Notes under the pieces: model-generated
Seen by the model: only the letters and a program-made list of their open reading frames with translations
The model's database searches: none
What the model was told of the DNA's origin: nothing
Shown: positions 25,081 to 34,716 of the stretch, one piece after another
Numbering within the stretch: the stretch's first letter is position 1
Layout of the letters: every line of letters starts with the position of its first letter
Made by a program: the position numbers and the translations under genes
Virus record (IMG/VR): IMGVR_UViG_3300045970_000794
Span: 62,001-126,000 of that record
Reading direction: 5' to 3' (one strand)
DNA length: 64,000 nucleotides

Positions 25081-25809
25081 ATGGAAACAATACCTTATAC
25101 TTACAAATTGATTTTTAAACCTACTGGTCAATACTATTATGGTGTTAGATACGCTAAAGGTTGTAATCCAACTGATTTATGGGACAAATATTTCACATCT
25201 TCTAAACACATCCATAAACTTATTAAAGAATATGGATTAAACTCTTTTATTATTAAGATTACTAAAACATTTAACGATAAAAATGACGCTATTACTCATG
25301 AATTAAATGTATTAACTAGAGCTAATGCTCACAAAAATGGTAAATTTATTAATAAAACAATTTGTAAAGCACCGCCATCACATGATGGATTGATAATAAT
25401 TCACCACATTGAATTAGATTTTGAAACCTTTCACAGTCCTAATTTACCAATTCCCATTGGGTGGATAAAAGGTACTAATGATAAACACAAAATAACCCAA
25501 TCTAATATTCGTAAAGGTAAACCAGCTCATAATAAAAATAAAAAATGTAAATTAACTGGTCCTTGTACCAAAGAAAGAAAAATAGCTATTAGTGAATCAA
25601 GAAAGCTAACACCAAAAATAACATGTGAATACTGTGGTAAACAATGTGATGGTGGTAATTTTAAAAGATTTCACGGAGATAACTGTAAATCGAACCCTAA
25701 TATTGACCAACAAAAAATCAAAGAACGTTCTGAGATAACTAAAAAATCTTATTTAACTCAAATAAATAAAGGTAATTTTAATAAGTTTAAAGGGAAAATT
25801 CGTGAATAA
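25081..25809 (+). CDS. GIY-YIG homing endonuclease (antisense, inside the split TROVE gene)
   Basis: PYTYKLIFKPTGQYYYGVRYAKGC...YFTSS; probable start METIP at 25081. Confidence 0.8.
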   Translation: METIPYTYKLIFKPTGQYYYGVRYAKGCNPTDLWDKYFTSSKHIHKLIKEYGLNSFIIKITKTFNDKNDAITHELNVLTRANAHKNGKFINKTICKAPPSHDGLIIIHHIELDFETFHSPNLPIPIGWIKGTNDKHKITQSNIRKGKPAHNKNKKCKLTGPCTKERKIAISESRKLTPKITCEYCGKQCDGGNFKRFHGDNCKSNPNIDQQKIKERSEITKKSYLTQINKGNFNKFKGKIRE

Positions 25810-26284
25810 GTCTTTCGCATTCTTCTTCAGATAATGTATCTATTTTAGAAAGAATTTCTTGCGCTTTTTGGTTTGACTTCAAACCTTCAGCAATAACTGC
25901 TAATGCATCATTTTGTAATGCAGTACCAACGAAAACCAAAAGGTCATCCCATCTACCATATTCTGAAATATGTACTAAATTTGCTTTGATAATATCTTTG
26001 TGCTTTTCAGCAAGATATGAACAGATTTCTCTGAAAATTCTTCTTTCACCAGCACCACCACGAACGTCACGTGCCCAGAATGCTAATCTAAGAGCAGTAA
26101 GTTTGTCTTCAGCAAATGCTTGGCTAAATGCGGCAATAATACGATTTTTATCTTGAGTTCTCATTGCACCTATTTGGAAAAATAGGTTTACGCATGAATT
26201 AAGTGAACTTGAATTGGTAACCATACCGTTTTCAGTAAAGGTATCTTCTGTCTGCATAGCAGATACTAATGAATTTTTTCTCAT
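25787..26284 (-). CDS. TROVE/Ro60-like DUF2828-type protein, N-terminal piece
   Basis: TENGMVT...FWARDVRGGAGERR...EYGRWDDL. Confidence 0.85.
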   Translation of the reverse strand: MRKNSLVSAMQTEDTFTENGMVTNSSSLNSCVNLFFQIGAMRTQDKNRIIAAFSQAFAEDKLTALRLAFWARDVRGGAGERRIFREICSYLAEKHKDIIKANLVHISEYGRWDDLLVFVGTALQNDALAVIAEGLKSNQKAQEILSKIDTLSEEECERLIHEFSL

Positions 26285-26325
26285 CGTGTTAAAGTTTTAA
26301 AAATTGTATTATTATTTCGGGACTG

Positions 26326-26365
26326 CAAAATTATAAACTATTTTATTAAAAGTCAAGCTTTTTTT
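26326..26365 (-). promoter_or_regulatory. promoter of TROVE gene, related to the two tRNA-operon promoters
   Basis: TTGACTTTTAATAAAATAGTTTATAATTTTG shares TTTTAATAAAATAGTTT with 6863 and 15925. Confidence 0.65.
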
Positions 26366-26567
26366 AATTCATTTTTAAATTATTTTCTAAGTTACTGAAT
26401 TTCACTGTTTTTCATAATATATTATTTTGATAATGCATTAATAATCCATTTTTTCATATCTTCTTTTGAATACGCACATACCCCATCTGGAACTATTAGT
26501 TTTTCAATTAAAAGTTGAAAAGCAAAATCAGTATCAGTTTCAGTTGGATTATAAAGCTTTTCGCTGA

Positions 26568-26813
26568 TTAATTCAGCAATTTTTTCGATTTCCATTTTAT
26601 ATTAATTAATAATGATTCCCTGGTGTACAACTTTGCATCACATTTATCGTAATCAGCATATTTTTCCCAACCACTTCCTTTTCGTTTTGTTAAATTTTCA
26701 ACGTAATTATCAATGTTAACAGACCCAATGGAACAAGTTGTAATGTCTTGACTAATCAATAGTTTACCATTCTTATAAAGTCTTATTAAATAATTACTTC
26801 CAGATGGATTCAT
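26568..26813 (-). CDS. hypothetical protein
   Basis: 81-aa ORF. Confidence 0.45.
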   Translation of the reverse strand: MNPSGSNYLIRLYKNGKLLISQDITTCSIGSVNIDNYVENLTKRKGSGWEKYADYDKCDAKLYTRESLLINIKWKSKKLLN

Positions 26814-26826
26814 AATATTAAATTTA

Positions 26827-26982
26827 TTATTGTTTAATTACATGTTTTTCTTTCATTTTATCAACAAATTCGATGATATCATCGGCAATTTCTTCACGTT
26901 TACCATGCTCTAGTCTACCTAAAACATCTAATAGTTCATCAATCGATTGCTTTGCAGTAACATAATCTACATCCATTCCCAT
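26827..26982 (-). CDS. small hypothetical protein (51 aa)
   Basis: Manual translation MGMDVDYVTAKQSIDELL... Confidence 0.45.
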   Translation of the reverse strand: MGMDVDYVTAKQSIDELLDVLGRLEHGKREEIADDIIEFVDKMKEKHVIKQ

Positions 26983-27161
26983 ATTACTTCTTTTTTTTTA
27001 TAATGGTCATTAAATCTTTTCTTATCTTCTTCTGATAATCCCTCACCCTTCCAATCTAAGATACCGAGGTTTTCATCAATATCCCATTGTTGTCTAGGTG
27101 ATAATTTAAAATAGTTTGAAGGTCTTCTAAACGATTGTTCAAACATTTCTCTTTCGTTCAT
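26967..27161 (-). CDS. hypothetical protein
   Basis: 64-aa ORF. Confidence 0.55.
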   Translation of the reverse strand: MNEREMFEQSFRRPSNYFKLSPRQQWDIDENLGILDWKGEGLSEEDKKRFNDHYKKKEVIWEWM

Positions 27162-27214
27162 GATATAACTTTTTTTCGTTTTTTACTGAATAATAACTTA
27201 ATATGTCGCCAAAT

Positions 27215-27418
27215 TTAATGTCCACACCCACAATCAAACGTTGCTTTCATTTCATCGAGGAAATAAGAATTTGTTTTACTTAATTGGCCAGCAATCGGGC
27301 TTTGAAACTCCATACCATCTTCCAATAGTTGAATAACATCTAATTCTGTTATCCCTAATGCATCGGCTAATTGTATTATCGCATCTTCAGCTTTCGCTAG
27401 TTGAAATTCATTTATCAT
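27215..27418 (-). CDS. hypothetical protein
   Basis: 67-aa ORF. Confidence 0.5.
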   Translation of the reverse strand: MINEFQLAKAEDAIIQLADALGITELDVIQLLEDGMEFQSPIAGQLSKTNSYFLDEMKATFDCGCGH

Positions 27419-27420
27419 AA

Positions 27421-27723
27421 TTAATTACATTTTTTAAAACCACCACCACACACTCGGCAGTTACCATAATCATGAATATCTACTTCATGTTTATACCAAT
27501 GGCACTTTGGTGTTTCATTAACAGTTACTTTATGTCTAAGCTTATGCTGAGATACTTTCCAGTTAGCATACATTTCAGCAGCTTCTTGAAAAAATACAGC
27601 TCTATGGCCAGTAACTAAGGTCTTACCCAACCCATACTTTGCAGCAATCTCAGCTTTACAGTCATTATAAGTCATTTTATTATATTTTATGTAACCAAAC
27701 ATAAAGCTTGGTATTTGATGCAT
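27421..27723 (-). CDS. hypothetical protein
   Basis: 100-aa ORF with C-terminal CxxC; true start probably internal. Confidence 0.5.
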   Translation of the reverse strand: MHQIPSFMFGYIKYNKMTYNDCKAEIAAKYGLGKTLVTGHRAVFFQEAAEMYANWKVSQHKLRHKVTVNETPKCHWYKHEVDIHDYGNCRVCGGGFKKCN

Positions 27724-28189
27724 AAATATCTGTAGCTATTCCAGCAATAACAACACCATCGGAAATGAAAGTATCACCAACTTTTATTGAGTAGCTACTT
27801 ATACCTATTGATGTGAAATTATTTAATGTTAATGTTGAATATGGTCCACCTAAAATATCAGCTAAAGAGTATTGTCTATTATGAAATACACCATATTGTA
27901 CGGTGTGAATTTCATATACATTATTAGAGATAAATTCTAGAGTATCACCAGAATTATGTGGTGTATTATTAAGGATTATTTGTGAAAAACCATCAACAAT
28001 CCATTTAGTCCCAATTAATGGGTTAGTATTTGTGTTAATTGGAACGGTACCACTGTCAGTATATTCATCATACCAATTAGTTGCTGGTATAGTATCAGTA
28101 GGTGGGTTTGGTCTTGTGTTTTGTTGTTTCTCACAAGAGGTAAATGCTAGACTTAAACAAACAATCACTAAAAACATTAAATTTTTCAT
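27680..28189 (-). CDS. lipoprotein
   Basis: Signal II MKNLMFLVIVCLSLAFTS-C. Confidence 0.75.
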   Translation of the reverse strand: MKNLMFLVIVCLSLAFTSCEKQQNTRPNPPTDTIPATNWYDEYTDSGTVPINTNTNPLIGTKWIVDGFSQIILNNTPHNSGDTLEFISNNVYEIHTVQYGVFHNRQYSLADILGGPYSTLTLNNFTSIGISSYSIKVGDTFISDGVVIAGIATDIYASNTKLYVWLHKI

Positions 28190-28249
28190 AATAGTATAGT
28201 TTTAAATTATAATGCAAATTTACAACAAATATTTTTAATAACCAAATTA

Positions 28250-28441
28250 TTATTCATTATTTTGATAAAAATCTTTTAATTTATCATCAATTATAATATT
28301 ATTGATTGTGTACCTATACATTCTATTACTATAACAGAAATTACAGCTACCATGATTTCTGCAATTTTGGTCGAAGGCTTTTGATTTATGATATTGTTTA
28401 CGCCAATCTTTACGATTTGGGTAGTCGGTGTCGAATGCCAT
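28250..28441 (-). CDS. small Cys/His phage protein
   Basis: SKAFDQNCRNHGSCNFC. Confidence 0.6.
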   Translation of the reverse strand: MAFDTDYPNRKDWRKQYHKSKAFDQNCRNHGSCNFCYSNRMYRYTINNIIIDDKLKDFYQNNE

Positions 28442-28452
28442 ATTCTTAGTAT

Positions 28453-29052
28453 TTAAATAAAATTTCTAATATATAATGTTCTGTGATATGGTGTAGCACC
28501 ATATTCTTTTAATCCTTGTGCATGTATTTTGGAATGATACCCAGCATTTGTGTTCCATCCATAATTTGGATAAATCTCATGCAACTTCTTCATATAATCA
28601 TCCCTCTGAACCTTCGCAATAATTGATGCTGCTGCTATTGATAGATATGTCCCATCACCTTTTTCGACACATGTGTGAGGTATATCTTCATATTGATTGA
28701 AGACATTACCATCCACTAAAATATGCTCTGGTACGATGCTTAAATCATCCAAGCATTTATGCATTGTAATAAACGTAGCCTCGTTAATATTGGTCCTATT
28801 AATTAATTTAACGGACCCAGCTTGTACTGAATATGCTAATGCATGTTTATAAATTATTTCAGCGGCAAATCTACGTTGTTTATCAGTTAATTTCTTCGAA
28901 TCATTAATCAACTCAGATTTAAAATCAGCTGGTAATATTACCGCTGCGGTAACAACTGGTCCAGCGAATGAACCACGTCCAACTTCGTCTAGTCCGACTT
29001 CAATACAATTTGATTTATGAAATGATTTCAACATAATTTTTATTTTTTGCAA
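28453..29052 (-). CDS. rnhB: ribonuclease HII
   Basis: GLDEVGRG..AGPV...DSKKL...VDG...KGD...SIAAASIIAKV. Confidence 0.95.
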   Translation of the reverse strand: MQKIKIMLKSFHKSNCIEVGLDEVGRGSFAGPVVTAAVILPADFKSELINDSKKLTDKQRRFAAEIIYKHALAYSVQAGSVKLINRTNINEATFITMHKCLDDLSIVPEHILVDGNVFNQYEDIPHTCVEKGDGTYLSIAAASIIAKVQRDDYMKKLHEIYPNYGWNTNAGYHSKIHAQGLKEYGATPYHRTLYIRNFI

Positions 29053-29083
29053 AGGTAATAAAAATATTTTAATCTACCAAATA

Positions 29084-29320
29084 TTATTCAACATTTTTTT
29101 CAATATCAATTCTAAATTGAACTCCACACACCTCAATCTCAATGACATCACTAGGTTCAAATTTTTCTTCTTTAGTTGTTCTATAGAATAAATCCTCATT
29201 CAATTTAAAATGCTGTTTTTCTGGTAAAGTATATACCATAACTAAATTTTCGATTGGAATCTTACCATTTTCGATAATTCCTTGTGCAATTTCCACTATT
29301 TTACTATATGAAAGTACCAT
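29084..29320 (-). CDS. hypothetical protein
   Basis: 78-aa ORF. Confidence 0.6.
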   Translation of the reverse strand: MVLSYSKIVEIAQGIIENGKIPIENLVMVYTLPEKQHFKLNEDLFYRTTKEEKFEPSDVIEIEVCGVQFRIDIEKNVE

Positions 29321-29321
29321 A

Positions 29322-29552
29322 TTAAAACCTTGTAAATATTTTAATTATTATTTTTTTAAAAGCGTTACCAAATCTAATATACCATGGTTTCCTATAGAAA
29401 GTTACTTGATATGGATTTTCTTTAATTGTTTTACCTAAACCACCATTAATTTCACCAATAAAGGTTCGTTTGGCCAATTTTGTTTTATAATCTAAAGACT
29501 TTTTATCGTATAAAGTCTTAGTGATTTCATTTTCAATTTCTTTATCGTACAT
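29322..29552 (-). CDS. hypothetical protein
   Basis: 76-aa ORF. Confidence 0.55.
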   Translation of the reverse strand: MYDKEIENEITKTLYDKKSLDYKTKLAKRTFIGEINGGLGKTIKENPYQVTFYRKPWYIRFGNAFKKIIIKIFTRF

Positions 29553-29556
29553 AAAA

Positions 29557-29940
29557 CTACATTAAATTAAATATTTTTTTACCCATTCTTGGATATAATG
29601 GTGTTGGTAAATCATTTTTATCAAACCAACCCCACGCTAAGTTTTCATAATTCAAAGTTGGTTCAAATTCAGTATCAGTAAATCCAATGAAATAATAAAA
29701 ATCCAAATCATTAGATTTTTCAGTGTATGCGTAATGATATTCGATTATATTTGGGTCAATACTAATTTCCTCACCAACTTCACGTTTTAATCCATCCAAT
29801 GGGCGTTCACCATTATCAATCTCACCACTAAGCATAGCCCAAGTCATTGGGTATTTACCAAGGTCAGCTCTTTTCATTAAAAAACAGTTACCAGTGGTCC
29901 TAGCTACAATTAGCACACCAGCCGCTTTACGTTTCTCCAT
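29557..29940 (-). CDS. NUDIX hydrolase
   Basis: GEIDNGERPLDGLKREVGEE Nudix box. Confidence 0.85.
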   Translation of the reverse strand: MEKRKAAGVLIVARTTGNCFLMKRADLGKYPMTWAMLSGEIDNGERPLDGLKREVGEEISIDPNIIEYHYAYTEKSNDLDFYYFIGFTDTEFEPTLNYENLAWGWFDKNDLPTPLYPRMGKKIFNLM

Positions 29941-30008
29941 AATTCTTTTTATTATAAATATTGACTTATTTAACAAATATACTTAAATTAAATGAAAATT
30001 TCAAGGAT

Positions 30009-30350
30009 ATGAAAGAATTAGTTTTATTTAGCGGAGTCGTTTATGGTATATCAAACATTGTTGTTTATAGTACAATGTTCACATGGTTACGAAATTTCTT
30101 TATGTATATTAGCCCGAAAATATTGGGTAAATTATTTACCTGTATGATGTGCTTCCCTACATGGTGTGGATTTCTACTATCATTCACATTACACATGTAT
30201 GGTCACGCCAATTTAACACCAATGGGAGTATGGGGAATCACAACTCCATGGTTGGCTATATTTCTAGATGGTTGTTTAGCATCTGGAACAACTTGGGGCA
30301 TCAATACAATTCTCGAGTATTTTGAATACAATACCCCTTCAGTTGATTAA
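30009..30350 (+). CDS. membrane protein (DUF1360-like, CxxC)
   Basis: Hydrophobic helices and LFTCMMCFPTW. Confidence 0.6.
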   Translation: MKELVLFSGVVYGISNIVVYSTMFTWLRNFFMYISPKILGKLFTCMMCFPTWCGFLLSFTLHMYGHANLTPMGVWGITTPWLAIFLDGCLASGTTWGINTILEYFEYNTPSVD

Positions 30351-30755
30351 TGTTTAAGTACTGCGATATTTCTAGCTTTGGTTCGTTTACACAAATTACA
30401 AGTTAAACAAGAACCTGGCATACGAATTTATCGAATTCTTCACCAATTTTGTTGATGACGTAGAAGTTGTTTGATACCATAAATCCAGAACCATTAACCA
30501 CTAGGTTATCCGATATGTTTTCGTAGTTTAAATCTTTTCTTGCGGTGTATGTGTACACTACAACAGTACCGTACAACGAAACTTGCGTAAACTTACGCAA
30601 TCACGTTTTCTTGCTTCATAACAGCTTTTAGCATGCTGGCAAAAGTTTAGTTTTTCAGATGGGCAATCTAAGGCCGCATTCATGTTGAAAATTGCTGTAT
30701 CATTCCCAACTTTACTATTTCCGAAACTAAGTAAATCTTTTAATTTTTCACTCAT
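30346..30755 (-). pseudogene. Gp88-like Cys-rich protein, fragmented
   Basis: LSFGNSKVG..TAIFNM...DCPS...C..CY N-terminus; YTYTARKDL...VNGS middle; GSCLTCNLC C-terminus in different frames. Confidence 0.55.
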
Positions 30756-30819
30756 AAGTATAACATTTATAGTTATAAATATCCTGTAAAATAAAAAACC
30801 ACTCATTGAGTAGTTTCAT

Positions 30820-31464
30820 TTATAATCCTTTTCTATCCATGCATTTGGGGCAAGCTTCGTTCTCACCGCAATTACAATCTCCTTCAGTCATTTCAGAAGG
30901 GAGCTCATGAACTTCAAGCTCTACCTTACCATTTTTAGGTGGTAATTCAATTTCATTTAAACCTGGTTTTTTAGGTCTATTTTTGATTGGTGCTCTATCT
31001 TGTTCAATTTTATTCGTATCATTCGATTGTAGTGGTTCAGATTTTACTGGTTGGGTAATTCCTAAATCAACACTAAAATCTTCGCTCATTAAGTCTGGTA
31101 CTAAGTTTTCTTTACCTAATACAAATTTCAATGTTTTAAGTTTTTCTAATGGATTTTCTCTAAAAACTATTTGAAGTTCTTTCACCTTAACTTTAAGTAA
31201 CTCTTGTTTAACCTCACGTTCGATGTTAATGTTAATAATACCTTCAACATAATCCAAAAGTTCATCAAACCCAACACCTTCTTTTTCAGTATAAAATAAA
31301 TAGTAATTTGGGTCCTTTTCACTTACTTCCTTGAAAACTGTTTTTGAATCTGGTATATTCCAACCTTCTTTAAAAACAACATCAACAACTGGAACTCCTT
31401 GTATAAAACGAATACCAGCAACATAAGGTTGAAGGTCATTTAATCTCTTTTGAATTTGTGACAT
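30820..31464 (-). CDS. hypothetical protein
   Basis: 214-aa ORF ending CNC...CPKC. Confidence 0.65.
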   Translation of the reverse strand: MSQIQKRLNDLQPYVAGIRFIQGVPVVDVVFKEGWNIPDSKTVFKEVSEKDPNYYLFYTEKEGVGFDELLDYVEGIININIEREVKQELLKVKVKELQIVFRENPLEKLKTLKFVLGKENLVPDLMSEDFSVDLGITQPVKSEPLQSNDTNKIEQDRAPIKNRPKKPGLNEIELPPKNGKVELEVHELPSEMTEGDCNCGENEACPKCMDRKGL

Positions 31465-31487
31465 TTTTCTATAATAAAACTATTTAG

Positions 31488-31685
31488 TTATAATTTAATT
31501 CCTGTGAATACACAAGTTAATATGTATGCGATGGAAGCACCTAGAAATAATAAATTAATCGGTTTCATAGTATAGCGTTCACGGCTAATCCATGATTGTA
31601 CCAAAAAATACCCAGTTCTTATAACATGCATTGACGTTAAAAAGAATATAAAGAATAATATTTTATCTATTGCTTCCATCACCAT
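31488..31685 (-). CDS. small membrane protein
   Basis: Two hydrophobic helices. Confidence 0.55.
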   Translation of the reverse strand: MVMEAIDKILFFIFFLTSMHVIRTGYFLVQSWISRERYTMKPINLLFLGASIAYILTCVFTGIKL

Positions 31686-31690
31686 TTAAA

Positions 31691-31867
31691 TTACATATTG
31701 TTTTTTCTGTCAGAAACTTCAGCTCTCATTTCTTGAGCTACTTTCTTAATATCCTGTAATCCTTTTCTAATTCTTACAGCTGCGGCTTTAACGTCTTTGT
31801 TATAAAATTTGTTTACATCATTGTCTAATGATTCGATTAAGCCTTTTAATTCAGTATACTTTTCCAT
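31691..31867 (-). CDS. Hc1 / histone-H1-like protein of Bacteroidota type (58 aa)
   Basis: Manual translation MEKYTELKGLIESLDNDVNKFYNKDVKAAAVRIRKGLQDIKKVAQEMRAEV; below the ORF-track cutoff. Confidence 0.75.
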   Translation of the reverse strand: MEKYTELKGLIESLDNDVNKFYNKDVKAAAVRIRKGLQDIKKVAQEMRAEVSDRKNNM

Positions 31868-31880
31868 GTTCTTTTTTTAT

Positions 31881-32105
31881 TTAGGAAATGTTATTTTGTT
31901 CAGATTTTGGTTCGACATTTGTGTACGATAACCACATGGATGCCATCTGATTATAATTAACCAATTTAGATAATTGTGATTTAATGAGTGTAACTTTAGT
32001 GTGAACATCAATCGTTGCGTCATTGATTATACGCTCTAATTCATCCTCAGCTTTCAGTCTATCAGCCAATAAATCAGCATTAACTATTTGAATTAATCTA
32101 TCCAT
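31881..32105 (-). CDS. hypothetical protein
   Basis: 74-aa ORF. Confidence 0.55.
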   Translation of the reverse strand: MDRLIQIVNADLLADRLKAEDELERIINDATIDVHTKVTLIKSQLSKLVNYNQMASMWLSYTNVEPKSEQNNIS

Positions 32106-32157
32106 AGCACCAATTTAATAAATTTTTAAAGAAAATCAATAGTAAACCTAACTTTTT

Positions 32158-32634
32158 TTACATTTTTTCCAATGATTTGGAAAATAATGTGTAAATTTCA
32201 ATCAACATGTCAATATCTGAGCGTGTTTTAACCACATTGCTATTAAATAAATAACTCCATAATTTAGTTAAATTTGGTCTTAATGTTGGAAATCCATCTT
32301 TATTTTGTACAGAATAAAAGGTTTCTATGAAGAAATCTAAAAAATAATTATACAATTCATTGGTTGAATTGAAGTGAATATTCTCAGATTTGAAATTATT
32401 TACATTCTTACCCCAAGCCCATTCAAAATGTTTTATCCTAAATTCTTCATCAGTAACATCATCACCTAAATAGGTGTCAAATACTATTGCAACCAATGAT
32501 TGAATAAAATCATGGTATAATAAACATCTCTCATATGAGATGTTGCATGAGGAATATAACGATGTTATCATCTCAGGTGTTAATGGTGTTTTAATATATT
32601 CCAAAAACTTATTAGCATTGTGTATATGATTCAT
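32158..32634 (-). CDS. hypothetical protein
   Basis: 158-aa ORF. Confidence 0.65.
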   Translation of the reverse strand: MNHIHNANKFLEYIKTPLTPEMITSLYSSCNISYERCLLYHDFIQSLVAIVFDTYLGDDVTDEEFRIKHFEWAWGKNVNNFKSENIHFNSTNELYNYFLDFFIETFYSVQNKDGFPTLRPNLTKLWSYLFNSNVVKTRSDIDMLIEIYTLFSKSLEKM

Positions 32635-32663
32635 AATTGTAATATACTAAATAATTTTTATAA

Positions 32664-33281
32664 TTAAAGAGTATTGTTAGACTCAATAATCATTATGGCA
32701 TTATAATGCGCTATTGCTATCTTTTCTCTACCTTCATCAGACATAAGCAATTCACAATCTGGTGTTAATGTATCCATAAAGAAATTTTCGGTTAATATTG
32801 CTGGCATTGATGTGTTTCTTAAAATTGCGAAATCACTATCCCAATCTGGTTCCCCATCACTCCAATCACCTCTGGCTTTCATAGTTGGGAATTGTTTAAC
32901 CATTTCTTGATGAAATATAGTTGCTAATTTATCTGATTTGCTTTGACCTTTATATGTATGAACTTCGAAACCAGTACCACCGCCAGCATTAGCGTGAATT
33001 GAAACTAAAACCGTTTGTTTATTATGACCTAGATTAATATTATTAGCTCTGATTACTCTCTGTGCTAATGATATATCCGATTCTTCTGATACTAATATGA
33101 AATTTTGAATATTTGCTTCAGTTAACATATTAGATAATCGTTTTACGATGTCTCTGTTGAATTCACCTTCAAATAATTGTCTCCCATCTGGCCATACTGG
33201 TGAACATTTACCGTTTGTTTGATAAACCCCATTTATCATCCCTCCATGGCCATTATCTAAGATATATTTGTATTTACTCAT
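32664..33281 (-). CDS. N-acetylmuramoyl-L-alanine amidase (Amidase_3)
   Basis: LDNGHGG...FEGEFN...VSIHANA...AILTENFFMD. Confidence 0.9.
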   Translation of the reverse strand: MSKYKYILDNGHGGMINGVYQTNGKCSPVWPDGRQLFEGEFNRDIVKRLSNMLTEANIQNFILVSEESDISLAQRVIRANNINLGHNKQTVLVSIHANAGGGTGFEVHTYKGQSKSDKLATIFHQEMVKQFPTMKARGDWSDGEPDWDSDFAILRNTSMPAILTENFFMDTLTPDCELLMSDEGREKIAIAHYNAIMIIESNNTL

Positions 33282-33349
33282 TTAATTTATTTAATTAATT
33301 AAAAAAAAACCCCAATGAAGGGGCTTTTAATTTATTTTCAATATGTTAA

Positions 33350-34513
33350 TTACTTTTTGTCATCACAACCTTCTTCAACGTCAGTTCCTTCTTCGATATC
33401 AGTAACTTCTTCATCTGGTTCAACTTCTTCACCCATTACTGGTTTAACTTCTTTTCCGAATGCGTTTTTTGGACCTTTTGGAGTTTCAGCTTCACCACCA
33501 ACTTTAGGGGCTACAGTCATTTTAGCTTCTTCAGCGATAACTTTCATCTTTTCAGTAATATCTTTGAATCTAGCATCTTCGATTAATCTATCTTTACCTT
33601 TAACAGTTCCTAAGGTGTTTTCAGATTTATAACCCATAAGGTGTTTAATCTTAGCCATATCTTCAGCGATAAATTGCTTGTTTGATTCTTGCAATACAAC
33701 AGCTTTTCCTTCAGTTAATGAACCTTCCCATCTAACTTTGTAAGTTTCATTTCCATCAGTCATTTCGAATGTTTTATCATCTACTTTGTAATGCTCTGGA
33801 ATTACATTCAAGGCATTATTAATACCATTAAATGGTGTTTTAAATCTTAATCTTTTCATTTTATTTTCGATTATATTTGTATTATTATTATCAACACTTT
33901 CAGTTGTTGCATCTTTTTTCTTAGTTGTGAATGGTGTTGTTGCACCTTTTTCAGCACCTTTTTTAGCTAGGGCTGTTTGTTGGTGTGTAATACCAGCGGC
34001 CTTACCATTACTGCCAGAACCAATTGTTGCTTCTTGACTTGTATCTTTAACACGGTCAATTTTAGTTTTAACTAAATCTTTACCGTAATCATCTTTTGAT
34101 GCACCCCATGTAGATTCAGTATTACCATTATCTTTACCAGTATAAACTTTATTACCCATTGTTGAATCACCCTCGATAGATTTTTTAGCTCTATCTTTGA
34201 ATTTTTCTGGAACTTCAAGCATATCATATGTTAAATCAGCATTGTCTTCACTCATTTCGATTTCATCATGATATTTTTTAGTACCATCTTTATCTTCAAC
34301 ATTGGTTTTAGGTGGTTTGATTGCGTCTTTAACCTCAGTAGTAGAAGCTTTGTCGTAATCTTTCATGGTTTTTTCAACTTCTTTAGAAGCATCATCATTA
34401 ATTTTTTTATCTTGAGATTTAATTGAATTAGCCATTGTAATAGCTGGATGTCCTTTTGACTCCGCTTCGTTCACCTTAATCTTCAAGTATTTTTTAACCA
34501 AATCTTCGTACAT
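33350..34513 (-). CDS. hypothetical charged protein, possibly head-packaged
   Basis: 387 aa, low complexity, several (V/I/L)xE sites. Confidence 0.6.
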   Translation of the reverse strand: MYEDLVKKYLKIKVNEAESKGHPAITMANSIKSQDKKINDDASKEVEKTMKDYDKASTTEVKDAIKPPKTNVEDKDGTKKYHDEIEMSEDNADLTYDMLEVPEKFKDRAKKSIEGDSTMGNKVYTGKDNGNTESTWGASKDDYGKDLVKTKIDRVKDTSQEATIGSGSNGKAAGITHQQTALAKKGAEKGATTPFTTKKKDATTESVDNNNTNIIENKMKRLRFKTPFNGINNALNVIPEHYKVDDKTFEMTDGNETYKVRWEGSLTEGKAVVLQESNKQFIAEDMAKIKHLMGYKSENTLGTVKGKDRLIEDARFKDITEKMKVIAEEAKMTVAPKVGGEAETPKGPKNAFGKEVKPVMGEEVEPDEEVTDIEEGTDVEEGCDDKK

Positions 34514-34716
34514 AGTTTTTATTTTAAATACATGTCATTTCTCGTTAATTGTAACCCTAAACCAAAGATTTTAGCTTTTAACTTAGCTATTACTTTTTCA
34601 TCTGGAACTTCTTTCTTGTATTCATCTTCAAGCTCCTTTTGCAAATCTTTCAACTTTTCGGTTACGACTGTCATAAATATAAATATCTGTTAAATTAAAT
34701 AAATTATTAATATTTG

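Noticed and set aside
23915-26284. Split intein joining the TROVE halves
   Set aside because: No recognisable Hint motifs and no His-Asn before a Cys/Ser/Thr in the C piece
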